Assembly: GCA_965601925.1 (NCBI GenBank)
Contig: OZ271854.1
Location: 2,816,001-2,880,000, forward strand
Length of the DNA stretch: 64,000 bases
Origin: Alkalispirochaeta sp.
Lineage (GTDB): Bacteria > Spirochaetota > Spirochaetia > DSM-27196 > Alkalispirochaetaceae
Direction of reading: 5' to 3'
The notes below the pieces were generated by a model that saw only the letters and a list, made by a program, of their open reading frames with translations, ran no database searches and was not told where the DNA came from. The position numbers and the translations under genes were made by a program. Shown here one piece after another: positions 9,490-19,116 of this stretch; the stretch's first letter is position 1, and each line of letters starts with the position of its first letter.

Positions 9490-9514
9490 CACGGTTTGGC
9501 GGCAAACGTACTCT
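9486..9514 (+). promoter_or_regulatory. Sigma-70 promoter for the EIIA-antiporter operon (near-leaderless)
   Basis: TTGACA-17-TACTCT, 8 nt before ATG 9523; no SD. Confidence 0.65.
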
Positions 9515-9522
9515 AAAATCAC

Positions 9523-9969
9523 ATGAACTTGAGAAAAGTGCTCTCGCCACGGGTAATGTTTCCCGATCTCGATAGCGCTCCCAAGGAGGCGGTGATCACC
9601 GGTATGGTGCAGCGCCTCGCCGACGCGTACGGCGTCTCGGACGTGGAGCCGCTTGTCGCGGCGGTGCTCGAACGGGAGCGTAAGGACAGCACCGGTTTGG
9701 AGTACGGTATTGCTGTGCCCCACGGAAAGACCGACGCGGTGAACGAGCTTTTAGCGGGGATCGCGTTGGTACCGGGGGGCGTCGATTTCACCTCGCGCGA
9801 CGGAAAACCGGCGCGAATCCTCGTTATGACGATCTCGCCGGCGGCCCGATCGGGGCCGCACCTGCAGTTTATCGGTGAGGTCGTCCGGCTGTTGCGCGAC
9901 GAGGATTTGCGTGACGCACTTGTTGCCGCGCGTTGCGCGAATCAGATGTACGAGGCGATTATCCGGTGA
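9523..9969 (+). CDS. PTS EIIA domain protein (Fru/Ntr-type)
   Basis: RERKDSTGLEYGIAVPHGK with the phospho-acceptor His; GVDFTSRDGKP. Confidence 0.9.
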   Translation: MNLRKVLSPRVMFPDLDSAPKEAVITGMVQRLADAYGVSDVEPLVAAVLERERKDSTGLEYGIAVPHGKTDAVNELLAGIALVPGGVDFTSRDGKPARILVMTISPAARSGPHLQFIGEVVRLLRDEDLRDALVAARCANQMYEAIIR

Positions 9970-11579
9970 CCCACGCCGTAACGATCCTCATTATGCAGCT
10001 CGCCGCGCTCATTCTCGCCGCGGCGCTCATGGGACACATGTTCGAGCACGGTTTGAAGCTCCCGCGCGTGTTGGGTGAGTTGGGCGCCGGCGTGCTCGTC
10101 GGTCCCGTGGGCCTCGGCGGCATTCACATTCCCGTGCTGCACCAGGAGCTCTTTCCCGTCGAGGTCGGAGGAACGCTCCCGGTTACCGTAGAGCTGTACG
10201 GTATCGCCGTCTTGGCCTCTATCATTCTTCTCTTTCTGGCAGGATTGGAAACCGACCTTCCGACCTTCGTGCGGTTTTCCGGAGTCGGAAGCGCCGTCGG
10301 AATCGGCGGTGTCGTCGTTGCGTTCTTTCTCGGGGCCTCTTCCGCCGTGCTCTTTCTTCCCTCCGTCGACGGATTCTTCGATCCCCGCGCGCTCTTTCTC
10401 GGTACCCTCTCGACGGCGACATCCGTCGGTATTACCGCCCGCATTCTCTCAGAGCGGCGCAAGATGTCGAGCCCGGAGGGTGTGACGATTCTCGCCGCCG
10501 CAGTGCTCGACGACGTGCTGGGTATCGTGCTACTCGCAGTGGTCGTAGCCGTGGCGCGCGTCGGGCAAGGGAACGTCGACTGGGGCCAGGTCGGACGGAT
10601 CGCGGCGCGCGCCTTCGGGTTCTGGATCGGATCGACGGTTATCGGTGTCGCGGTGGCGCCGCACGTGGTACGGGGCCTCAAACGGTTCCGATCGTTGGAG
10701 GTGATCGCGGGCGTATCGCTCGGTCTGGCTCTCCTGTTGGCCGGGCTTGCCGAGACCGCGGGACTGGCGATGATCATCGGCGCCTATGTCGTCGGCCTTT
10801 CGCTGAGTCGGACCGACGTTGCCGATGAGATTCGCGATCGATTACACGGGCTGTACACCTATCTCGTGCCGGTCTTTTTCGCCGTCATGGGATTGATGAT
10901 CGACTTTCGCGCAATTGGTCCGGTCTTTTGGTTCGGTCTGGTGTTCTCCGCCGCCGCGTTGGTCGGCAAGATTCTGGGATGCGGTATCCCCGCTTTGGCC
11001 TTCGGATTCAACCTTCGCGGCGCCTTTCGGATCGGCGCCGGAATGCTGCCGAGGGGCGAAGTAACGCTCATCGTCGCAGGCGTAGGACTCTCGGCCGGGG
11101 CGATCGGTCAAGATCTCTTCGGAGTGGCGATCATGACCCTGTTGGTGAGCAGCCTCATCGCCCCACTGGTCCTCATCCGGAGCTTGGAGGGCGGAGGCGG
11201 GTATCGTCGGAAACAGGTCGCCGACGACAGTCGCCAGGTTGCGCTCGTGTTACCGTCCCCCGCGGCGGCGGACTTTGTCCGGGGACGCATCGTGGACGCC
11301 TTTCGCAGCGAAGGATTTTTCGTGACCCGCGTCGACATCAATTCGCACATCTATCGGATCAGGCAGGACGATATCAACATTACCATGGTACAGCGCGGCG
11401 GTACGATCACGCTCGCGACACCGGCGCGCAATGAGGAGCTCGTACGGCTGGTACTCCTGGAGGAGTTGGTCGAGCTTAAGGAGCTCATCGGTGGTCTGGA
11501 GATGGCCGGCGGGGCCGATGCGATCGGTGACGGACTTGTCGACGGCATGTTCGGTTCCGGCACGGGCGCAGCACCGTAG
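9966..11579 (+). CDS. Cation:proton antiporter (CPA2/NapA-like) with a soluble C-terminal domain
   Basis: Many TM helices; LFLAGLET, ATSVGIT, AAVLDD and GMLPRGE motifs; GTGA overlap with the EIIA stop. Confidence 0.9.
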   Translation: MTHAVTILIMQLAALILAAALMGHMFEHGLKLPRVLGELGAGVLVGPVGLGGIHIPVLHQELFPVEVGGTLPVTVELYGIAVLASIILLFLAGLETDLPTFVRFSGVGSAVGIGGVVVAFFLGASSAVLFLPSVDGFFDPRALFLGTLSTATSVGITARILSERRKMSSPEGVTILAAAVLDDVLGIVLLAVVVAVARVGQGNVDWGQVGRIAARAFGFWIGSTVIGVAVAPHVVRGLKRFRSLEVIAGVSLGLALLLAGLAETAGLAMIIGAYVVGLSLSRTDVADEIRDRLHGLYTYLVPVFFAVMGLMIDFRAIGPVFWFGLVFSAAALVGKILGCGIPALAFGFNLRGAFRIGAGMLPRGEVTLIVAGVGLSAGAIGQDLFGVAIMTLLVSSLIAPLVLIRSLEGGGGYRRKQVADDSRQVALVLPSPAAADFVRGRIVDAFRSEGFFVTRVDINSHIYRIRQDDINITMVQRGGTITLATPARNEELVRLVLLEELVELKELIGGLEMAGGADAIGDGLVDGMFGSGTGAAP

Positions 11580-11588
11580 CCCCACAGG

Positions 11589-12590
11589 ATGGGAAGTATG
11601 GATACGACGAATGTGATCGACGAGCGCACCGTCGTCGGTCCCTTGAAAAGCTGGTTGCGACGGTCGGCGGCTCGACGCGGACCGATCGGCCTTGCACTCG
11701 GCGGAGGCGGCGCGCGGGGAATCGCCCACGTCGGCGCGCTGGAGGCACTCGCCGACTATCCCGCCCTTGCCCCGCGCATGTATGCGGGCACTTCGGCCGG
11801 GTCGGTAATCGCCGTTTTGGCGGCGGCGGGACTCTCTCCGGCGGAGATTCGCGAGTTCGCCTCGGGGCTGGAATGGTTCACCCACGTCATAAAAGTCTCC
11901 GACTTCATCGATTTACGCCATCTCAATCGCGGTGGACTCTTTCCCAACACGCGCTTGCGAGAAACGGTCAACGAACGGATCGGACGACGCAGTTTCGATG
12001 AGCTGCCGTACGATGTTGCGATTACCGCCACCGATATCGTTCGGCGACGACGGGTCATCTTCACCTCTCATCGCGCGGCGCAGCGACTCGATCTGCAGAC
12101 TTTGGAGCGCTTTCTCCCTCCGGCACGCGATCACCTTCCGGGAGCGGAGACGGTAATTCTCTCCGACGTCGCCGATGTGGGGCTCGCGGTATGCGCGAGT
12201 TGCGCCGTGCCCGGCTTCTTTCGTCCCGTTTCCATCCACACTATGAATCTGGTCGACGGAGGGCTGGTAGACCAAACGCCGGTCGACATCGTATCGGCGA
12301 TGGGCGCCACCCTTTCCGTGGGAGTGAGCCTGGGTCTCTCGTTCATGCCCCAGAAATTGGAACATGCGTTGCACGCCTTCGGCGGGACGGTCGGAATGCT
12401 CGGTATCCAACAGCTTCGCAAGAGCCTGGAGAGCGCGGATATCGGCTTTCAGGTATCGGGTATCGACGGACGCAGCCCCTTTGCCGCGGGCCAAACAGAC
12501 CTCATCAGTCTGGGGCGCCGCGATATGCATACGCATATTCGTATGTTTTTCGGCTCACGCGGCGCCGAGATTCTCTCTCGTGGCCGATAG
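11589..12590 (+). CDS. Patatin-like phospholipase
   Basis: GGGGARG, GTSAG and DGG motifs. Confidence 0.9.
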   Translation: MGSMDTTNVIDERTVVGPLKSWLRRSAARRGPIGLALGGGGARGIAHVGALEALADYPALAPRMYAGTSAGSVIAVLAAAGLSPAEIREFASGLEWFTHVIKVSDFIDLRHLNRGGLFPNTRLRETVNERIGRRSFDELPYDVAITATDIVRRRRVIFTSHRAAQRLDLQTLERFLPPARDHLPGAETVILSDVADVGLAVCASCAVPGFFRPVSIHTMNLVDGGLVDQTPVDIVSAMGATLSVGVSLGLSFMPQKLEHALHAFGGTVGMLGIQQLRKSLESADIGFQVSGIDGRSPFAAGQTDLISLGRRDMHTHIRMFFGSRGAEILSRGR

Positions 12591-12657
12591 ACGCTCGCCG
12601 GGCGGTCGCTTGACTCGCGCGCGCAAACCGTTACCTTCTGGGGACGGAGGCATATAG

Positions 12658-13182
12658 ATGAATCGACAGTCAATCGTTCTCGGCGGAGGCTGCTTTTGGT
12701 GTATCGAGGCGCTCTATCGCCGCCTTTCGGGTGTGATCGAGGTGCGGTCGGGATACGCGGGAGGCCACGTTGAGAATCCGACCTATAAAGAGGTTTGCAC
12801 CGGCTCCACCGGACACGCCGAGGTCGTCGAAGTCACCTTTGACGGGGACGTCATTTCTCCCGAGGAAATCCTGGCATTTTTCTGGAAGGCACACGATCCG
12901 ACGACGCCGAACCGGCAAGGAGCGGACGTCGGCACCCAATACCGCTCCATCATCCTGTACGCCGACGAGAAGCAGAAGCGCGTCGCCGAGGCGAGCCTGA
13001 AGCGGGCGCAAGCGGCGATTTCCGATCCGATCGTGACCGAGATCGAGCCGCTGGGCGCGCTCTACCCCGCCGAGGATTATCACAACGATTACTACGAGCG
13101 TAATCCCGGACAGGGATATTGCCGAGTGGTGATCGAGCCGAAAATTGCGAAGTTGGGATTCGATAGTGCCCCGCAACGCTGA
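12658..13182 (+). CDS. msrA: Peptide-methionine (S)-S-oxide reductase
   Basis: GGGCFWC, GHAEVV, HDPT, RQGADVGTQYRS and GYC; GGAGG RBS. Confidence 0.95.
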   Translation: MNRQSIVLGGGCFWCIEALYRRLSGVIEVRSGYAGGHVENPTYKEVCTGSTGHAEVVEVTFDGDVISPEEILAFFWKAHDPTTPNRQGADVGTQYRSIILYADEKQKRVAEASLKRAQAAISDPIVTEIEPLGALYPAEDYHNDYYERNPGQGYCRVVIEPKIAKLGFDSAPQR

Positions 13183-13210
13183 GACGACACCGGGCGACGG
13201 CGTGCGGGGA

Positions 13211-14386
13211 ATGGACGACGCGGCGCAATACGGATATACGCTCTTCTTCCAGAATGAGCTTCCCGCCGATGAGTTGCGTCGCCGTCCGATCCCGCGCGAG
13301 GAGGACGAACGAGATCTCAGGGGCCACTATTTTCGCGATACCACCGCGATCGTTCACTCCTACCCCTTCCGTCGGATGAAGCATAAGACGCAGGTCTTCT
13401 TCGCCCCGCGGAACGATCACATTTGTACGCGTATCGAGCATGTGATGCACGTCGCCACGATCGCCGCAACGATTTGCCGCGCCCTTAATCTGGATCCCGA
13501 TCTCGCGTGGGCGATCGGTCTGGGACACGACTTGGGCCATACACCGTTCGGTCACTTGGGCGAGACGATTCTCGCTCGGTTGCGCGGCGGCGAGGGGTTT
13601 CGTCACGAGATCTATAGTCTGCGCGTGGTGGACAAACTCGCCAACCGCGGACGCGGGCTCAACCTGACCTACGCGGTGCGAGACGGCATCATCAACCACT
13701 GCGGCGAGAAGTTCGAGCAGGCCCTGGCGCCGGACCACACGGTCAAGGATCTGTCGGCCGTCACGCGACGTGACCACCTCCCCGGTACGTGGGAGGGCGT
13801 GGCCGTGCGCATGTCCGATAAGATCGCCTATCTCGGGCGCGACCTTGAGGATGCGATGCAGTTGGGTATCGTTCGCCGCGATGAGATACCCGAGGCGGGA
13901 AAGCGCCTGTTGGGAGTCAATAACTCGGAGATCATCGACAGTTTGGTAAACGATCTTATCCGCCGTTCCCTGGAAACCGGTACGATCGGTTTTTCCGACG
14001 ACGTGTATGCCGCCTTCCTCGAGGTAAAGAACTTCAACTACGAACGTATCTACGCCAGCTCCACCTTAGAGGGGTATCACCAGTACTTCGAGCGCATTCT
14101 CACCACGCTCTACGAGTATCTCCTGGATATCTTCGAGCGCTTTGGGGTCGAGGAGGAGCGTTACGCGGCGCAACGCAATACGCTCGCGGCGCGGTTCGGC
14201 GACTACGTACGCAAGATGCGCGAGTTCTACGAGTCCGAGGAGGGGAGCCCTGCGGACGTCGTATTCGACTACGTGGCGGGAATGACCGACGACTTCGCCA
14301 TCGACAGCGTTCGGGAGATCATGATTCCGACCGAGTTTTCCGCGCAGTTCGACCGGTTGGAGCTCGGCATGGGTCGTCCGAGATAG
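13211..14386 (+). CDS. Deoxyguanosinetriphosphate triphosphohydrolase-like HD protein
   Basis: FRRMKHKTQVF, HDLGHTPFGH, DKIAY and DYVAGMTD. Confidence 0.9.
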   Translation: MDDAAQYGYTLFFQNELPADELRRRPIPREEDERDLRGHYFRDTTAIVHSYPFRRMKHKTQVFFAPRNDHICTRIEHVMHVATIAATICRALNLDPDLAWAIGLGHDLGHTPFGHLGETILARLRGGEGFRHEIYSLRVVDKLANRGRGLNLTYAVRDGIINHCGEKFEQALAPDHTVKDLSAVTRRDHLPGTWEGVAVRMSDKIAYLGRDLEDAMQLGIVRRDEIPEAGKRLLGVNNSEIIDSLVNDLIRRSLETGTIGFSDDVYAAFLEVKNFNYERIYASSTLEGYHQYFERILTTLYEYLLDIFERFGVEEERYAAQRNTLAARFGDYVRKMREFYESEEGSPADVVFDYVAGMTDDFAIDSVREIMIPTEFSAQFDRLELGMGRPR

Positions 14387-14398
14387 GACCCGCGTGGT

Positions 14399-14899
14399 TC
14401 ACAGGAGCTCACTTCGGATCGGAATACCGCAGCGCGCGGCGGTACTCCTGATCGCCGCGACCTGATCGTTGAGAGTGTCGAGCTGCACGACGACCTGGTA
14501 GTGACGCATCGCCCACAGGGGTTTGTTCAGCACGCGCAAAACCGCCGGCCCGTGGCGACGTATCCGATCGGGATCGGTGAGGCGAAAGCCGATCGTCGGG
14601 TGCTCCAATAGTGCATAGATTCGTATCTCTTCGATCTCCTCGAAGGTGATAAGCCCCAGTGGTTGCGCCGGATCGAGTACGGCAAACCCCTCCTCCTCGA
14701 TGTTCAAGACGACGACGCGACGGGCCGCACGGCGCCAGGAGTACAAGAAGAGAGCCGCGAAACCGACCGCGCCGGTGACCGCAACCGGGTTAAACCCCAC
14801 ATCGAAGGCAAATACGGACACGGCTGCGGCGGCCACCGAGAAGAGCGCCAACAGTCGATAGCCCCGGGAGTGGCCGTAGATAGGGGTTCGTTGACTCAT
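14399..14899 (-). CDS. Hypothetical membrane protein (two TM helices plus a PH-like beta domain)
   Basis: Two hydrophobic segments followed by GLITFEEIEEIRIY. Confidence 0.7.
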   Translation of the reverse strand: MSQRTPIYGHSRGYRLLALFSVAAAAVSVFAFDVGFNPVAVTGAVGFAALFLYSWRRAARRVVVLNIEEEGFAVLDPAQPLGLITFEEIEEIRIYALLEHPTIGFRLTDPDRIRRHGPAVLRVLNKPLWAMRHYQVVVQLDTLNDQVAAIRSTAARCGIPIRSELL

Positions 14900-14968
14900 G
14901 CTTCCTCAAAGATACCGTCCCGGGACTCTTGCCGCAATGGCGCAACGCCGCGTACTCTCTTGCCGGTT

Positions 14969-16003
14969 ATGAAACGATATGTAATGATCGCGGCGCTCTC
15001 GGCGGCGTTTCTTATCGCTGCGGCGGTAGGCGCGTTGTTGGTTGCGCGTCACTCCCTTACGACGCCGGTCGGCGGACGAGGTTCGGTCGTCGGATACGAA
15101 GAGGTCCTCTTCGAGATTCGACCCGGAGAGAGTTTACGCACCATCAGCGGCAATCTCGCCGAGACCGGTCTGATTCGACGTCCCCGGATATTTGAAGTGT
15201 ATGCACGACTGGAGGACTACGACAGGCGGCTTCAGGCGGGACGGTATCTGCTCGGGTTCAATATGACGCCGGTGACTATGCTTGAGATGATCGTCGGCGG
15301 CGAGGCGGTTTTCGACGAGATCGTGGTTACGATTCCCGAAGGATGGAGCCTCGACGATATCGAGCGCCATTTCGAGGCGTTGGGACTGTTCGACATCGCG
15401 CACTTTCAAGAGGCGGTCGTAATGCACGAGCGCTATCGCGATTTTGTGCACCTCGCTTCGCTCGAGAACGGTACGATCCTCGATGGATATCTCTTTCCCG
15501 ACACGTATAGGATATTTGCCGACAGTACACCGGAAAGCGTGATACGCCGGATGCTCGATAACTTTCACCGACGTATTCCGGTGGAGCTGGTATCGGAGAT
15601 CGAACGTCAGGAGCGTACACTCCACGACGTGCTGGCTCTCGCTTCGATCGTACAGAAGGAATCGGCCTCCGTCCACGAGATGCCGGACGTTGCCGGCGTC
15701 TTTTGGAACCGCCTGGAAATCAATATGCGGTTGGAATCCGACGCGACGGTCAACTACGTGTTGGGTACGAGTAATCTGCAACCGACCTTCGCCGATACCG
15801 AGGTCCAGCATCCGTACAATACGTACGAGAACCACGGCTTACCGCCCGGACCGATCGGTAACCCCGGACTACCGGCAATCGAGGCGGCGCTCCGCCCGGC
15901 GGAACACCCCTATCTCTTTTTTCTTCACAAACCGAATCGCGAAATCGTCTTGTCGCGGACCTTCAGCGAACACCTGGCCAACAAAGCGCGCTATTTGGAT
16001 TGA
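14969..16003 (+). CDS. mltG: Endolytic transglycosylase
   Basis: N-terminal TM; TIPEG, GYLFPDTY, LASIVQKE, YNTY..GLPPGPIGNPG and YLFF. Confidence 0.93.
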   Translation: MKRYVMIAALSAAFLIAAAVGALLVARHSLTTPVGGRGSVVGYEEVLFEIRPGESLRTISGNLAETGLIRRPRIFEVYARLEDYDRRLQAGRYLLGFNMTPVTMLEMIVGGEAVFDEIVVTIPEGWSLDDIERHFEALGLFDIAHFQEAVVMHERYRDFVHLASLENGTILDGYLFPDTYRIFADSTPESVIRRMLDNFHRRIPVELVSEIERQERTLHDVLALASIVQKESASVHEMPDVAGVFWNRLEINMRLESDATVNYVLGTSNLQPTFADTEVQHPYNTYENHGLPPGPIGNPGLPAIEAALRPAEHPYLFFLHKPNREIVLSRTFSEHLANKARYLD

Positions 16004-17154
16004 TCGTTGTTCGGTGCGTCGGACGGCCCCTCCGCCGCCGGGTCGTCGACGAAGCGTGGAAGGATCGGGTCGGGAAGACCGCTCCATCCCTGCGGTCCGC
16101 GATCCAGCTCAGGATCGCTCAGGAGGCATCCGCGCAGGCGGCGCAATTCGCGCTCCACGGCGTCGGGCGTGCCGATGATCGTAATCGACTGCTGCCGATC
16201 CTGCCACGGCCCCGCTGAGAGGGAGGCCCTCACGTCCCGGTCGTCCGGCAGCTCGTCGTCACCAAGGGCGCCGTACCACGTGCCCTCCATCCCCAGCTCG
16301 CGCTGGGCGCCTGCGACATCCAAGACGAAGACGTGTTCCATATCCGTCGCGATCCACACAAATCCTTTGACTCTCACGATACCGGGCCACGGCTCGTCCA
16401 GCCATGCGTCCAAACGCTCGGGATGGAAGGGGCGCGTCTCCTTGATGTGGCGCGCCACGACCGGCTGAAAGCGCGACGTCGTCGGCGACATCTTATGGGC
16501 GCGATCTCCGTTCTCGCCGGCCCGCCCATCGCGGCGGCGTCCGGTAGCGACGATCTCATCGACCGGTAGACGACCGAACTCGGTCAAGCCGATTTCCGCG
16601 TCGCGATTGAGCCGCTTGACCGCACGCCGGGTACGACGACGTTGCCGGAACCGCGCCCGATCGTTCTTGTTGAGCACGACGAGATCGGCCGAGGCGATCT
16701 GGTCCGTGATGAGCGCGCGTAACTCGCGGTCTTTCCAGTACATCGTGAAGCTCGTGACGTCCACCAGGGCGATGACGCGGTCCAGGTAAACGAGACTGCT
16801 GAGCTCTCCCGCGGTATCGATCGCCGAGGAGAGCGCCGCCGACGGTGAGCTACCGGAGGTCTCGACGACGATCGCCTCAGGCGGCTCCGGGAGTCGGGCG
16901 AGGCTCTCGATTTCGGCGATGACGTCCGTGAGTCTACCTATCCCGGCGCGGCCGCCGGCGACGGCGCGTATGGTATCGTCACTGGCGACTGCGATATGCT
17001 CGCCGCCGCGCAGGAACGCGACGTCGATGCTCTCAACGGCCAGATCGTTTACCACCACGGCGATCTTACGCTCGGCGGCATTATCGAGCAGGTGTGCAAT
17101 GAGCGACGTCTTCCCGGCGCCCAAAAATCCGGTTACAACGGTGATGGGAATCAT
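15991..17154 (-). CDS. CobW/COG0523 family GTPase (lacks CxCC)
   Basis: TGFLGAGKT, VETSG and NKND; CobW_C region RPFHPERL..RVKGFVW..DRQQ. Confidence 0.88.
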   Translation of the reverse strand: MIPITVVTGFLGAGKTSLIAHLLDNAAERKIAVVVNDLAVESIDVAFLRGGEHIAVASDDTIRAVAGGRAGIGRLTDVIAEIESLARLPEPPEAIVVETSGSSPSAALSSAIDTAGELSSLVYLDRVIALVDVTSFTMYWKDRELRALITDQIASADLVVLNKNDRARFRQRRRTRRAVKRLNRDAEIGLTEFGRLPVDEIVATGRRRDGRAGENGDRAHKMSPTTSRFQPVVARHIKETRPFHPERLDAWLDEPWPGIVRVKGFVWIATDMEHVFVLDVAGAQRELGMEGTWYGALGDDELPDDRDVRASLSAGPWQDRQQSITIIGTPDAVERELRRLRGCLLSDPELDRGPQGWSGLPDPILPRFVDDPAAEGPSDAPNNDQSK

Positions 17155-17276
17155 GGAACGGCACCGTAGCAGAAAATGCGTGACAAGGGTAGCGCATCTC
17201 GGACGCCTTGGAAATGAACGGTCGGAAGCGTTCACGCGGGGCGATGTTCCCGATATGCTGACGGCGGGAGCGATAT

Positions 17277-18224
17277 ATGAGTATGACGGAACGACGAACT
17301 ATCATCTTGGGCACCGGCGCGCTCGGAGCGATGTATGCGGAGCGATTTCATGCGGCCGGCCTTTCGGTCGCCTTGCTCGCCGAGGGTGATCGGGCGCGTA
17401 GACTCCGGAGCGAGGGCGTCCGTGTCAACGGCGTCGAGTTACGGCTCCCGGTCGTGGAGAGCGATACGACGAGGCCCACACTGCTCATCGTGGCGTTGAA
17501 GCACGGCCACCTCGATACGGCGCTCCCGATGATTCGGCGCGTTGTGGGGCCGGATACCGCAGTCTTATCGGTAATGAACGGTATCGACAGTGAGACTCAC
17601 ATCGCCCGGGCGATCGATGAGCCGATAGACGGGGGACGCGTGCTGCATTGTATGGTCGCGGGAATGGATGCCGTCCGCGACGGTCGCGAAATACGCTACA
17701 CCAGAATCGGCACGGTATTCATCGGCGAGCGGACCTCGCCGGAGGAGGGCGAACCGTCGCCGTACCTTGTCTCAGCGCAATCGGATCTGGATCGAGCCGG
17801 TATCCCTTGGAAGACGCCGCGCGATATCGAGCACGCGATGTGGAACAAGTTCATGCTCAACGTCGGGATCAACCAGTGGTCGGCGGTTTTGGGTGCGCCG
17901 TATCGCGTCTTTCACCGTGAGGAGAGTGCCCGTTCGCTCATGCGCGGCGCAATGCGGGAGGTGCTGACGATCGCTCGGCGACGCAACGTCGCCCTTTCGG
18001 ATGACGATCTGGAAGGATGGTTCGATGTCGTTGCGACCCTGGGGCCGGATAACAAAACGTCGATGCTTCAGGACGTCGAGGCGGGACGTAAGACCGAGGT
18101 CGAGATGTTTGCCGGCCGCGTCGTGGAGATGGGACGCGAGCTCGGCATCGCGACCCCGGTGAACCAGACCCTCCTCGACGCGTTGCACGCGATCGAGGCG
18201 GAGGGCCTGCGCGCGAGGCTATGA
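17277..18224 (+). CDS. panE: 2-dehydropantoate 2-reductase family protein
   Basis: GTGALG, LK, MNG, WNKFMLN and SMLQDVEAGRKTEVE; start could be 17283. Confidence 0.85.
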   Translation: MSMTERRTIILGTGALGAMYAERFHAAGLSVALLAEGDRARRLRSEGVRVNGVELRLPVVESDTTRPTLLIVALKHGHLDTALPMIRRVVGPDTAVLSVMNGIDSETHIARAIDEPIDGGRVLHCMVAGMDAVRDGREIRYTRIGTVFIGERTSPEEGEPSPYLVSAQSDLDRAGIPWKTPRDIEHAMWNKFMLNVGINQWSAVLGAPYRVFHREESARSLMRGAMREVLTIARRRNVALSDDDLEGWFDVVATLGPDNKTSMLQDVEAGRKTEVEMFAGRVVEMGRELGIATPVNQTLLDALHAIEAEGLRARL

Positions 18225-18355
18225 ATCGCCTACGCGATTCATCCTTCGGCGTAGTGTTTTATTCCCGCCGAGAGCAAGTCGGCAAGACCGGATGCGTAAC
18301 GGTTGTAGAACGCTGCGAACCGTTCGTCGGCTCTCGGCCACCTTTGTCAAGGTCT

Positions 18356-18384
18356 TTGATTTTCAACACCCCACGGGTTATACT
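18356..18384 (+). promoter_or_regulatory. Sigma-70 promoter upstream of the cyclase gene
   Basis: TTGATT-17-TATACT. Confidence 0.55.
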
Positions 18385-18486
18385 CTTCATCAGTCCCACC
18401 AACTGCCGGACGCACGGGCCGGCGATCCATCTTGTTACTGTCGGACATGTGGACCGACTGCTCAATACTCTCAACGGAGGATGGCA

Positions 18487-19005
18487 ATGGCATTCAAAGT
18501 GACGGAAGGATTGGTATTTTTAACTGATTTGAGTAGTTTCGGTCGGTTGACTCGAGGAATGGCACTCGAGGAGCTGGCAGACCTCATGGAGCGATTCGGC
18601 GAGATTACCTACCGGCACGTGTCGGAGGGGGGCGGTGGAATCGTGAAGTACATTGGGGATTCCGCCTTGGGATACTTCCCCACGGAAAAGATTAATGCGG
18701 GTATCGGCGCTCTCTTGGCGATGCAGAAGGAGATCGAGACGGAACTCGATGTGAACGGACACCGAACCGGGGTTCGGATCGGCGCACATTACGGGCCCTT
18801 CGTGTTCGCTCCCATGCCACCGATCGAGCGGCCGGACATTCAAGGAGAGACGGTGAACATTGCCGCGACCTTGGGATCCGGGGGACAGTCGAAGCATCGG
18901 GACCGGTTCATTCTGACCCCGGAAGCGTTCCGCAAGCTCGATCCCGAAACCCGCACGCGATTCCATAAGTTTACCGAACCGATCGTGTACCTGGCGGAGC
19001 GCTAA
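18487..19005 (+). CDS. Stand-alone class III adenylate/guanylate cyclase domain protein
   Basis: FLTDLSSF, VKYIGD, RIGAHYG and GETVNIA; GGAGG RBS 6 nt before ATG 18487. Confidence 0.85.
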   Translation: MAFKVTEGLVFLTDLSSFGRLTRGMALEELADLMERFGEITYRHVSEGGGGIVKYIGDSALGYFPTEKINAGIGALLAMQKEIETELDVNGHRTGVRIGAHYGPFVFAPMPPIERPDIQGETVNIAATLGSGGQSKHRDRFILTPEAFRKLDPETRTRFHKFTEPIVYLAER

Positions 19006-19116
19006 GGGGTCTTCTCCTTTTTGCGAGCGAGTCTTTCGGGCTCGTCGCGGCGGCCCGGGTGGTTGGGACTACACCCGGTGCCCTCCGGCGCGTACTCTTC
19101 CTAATGCCGTCCTGTT

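Noticed and set aside
13211..14386. Antiphage dGTPase
   Set aside because: Short housekeeping-type HD protein in a core-gene context
18221..18502. 93-aa ORF overlapping the panE stop
   Set aside because: Starts inside a hairpin (ATGAATCGC-CTAC-GCGATTCAT), crosses the cyclase promoter and is not protein-like
18487..19005. Pycsar or CBASS defence cyclase
   Set aside because: No adjacent TIR or TM effector; Lys/Asp residues look adenylate-cyclase-like
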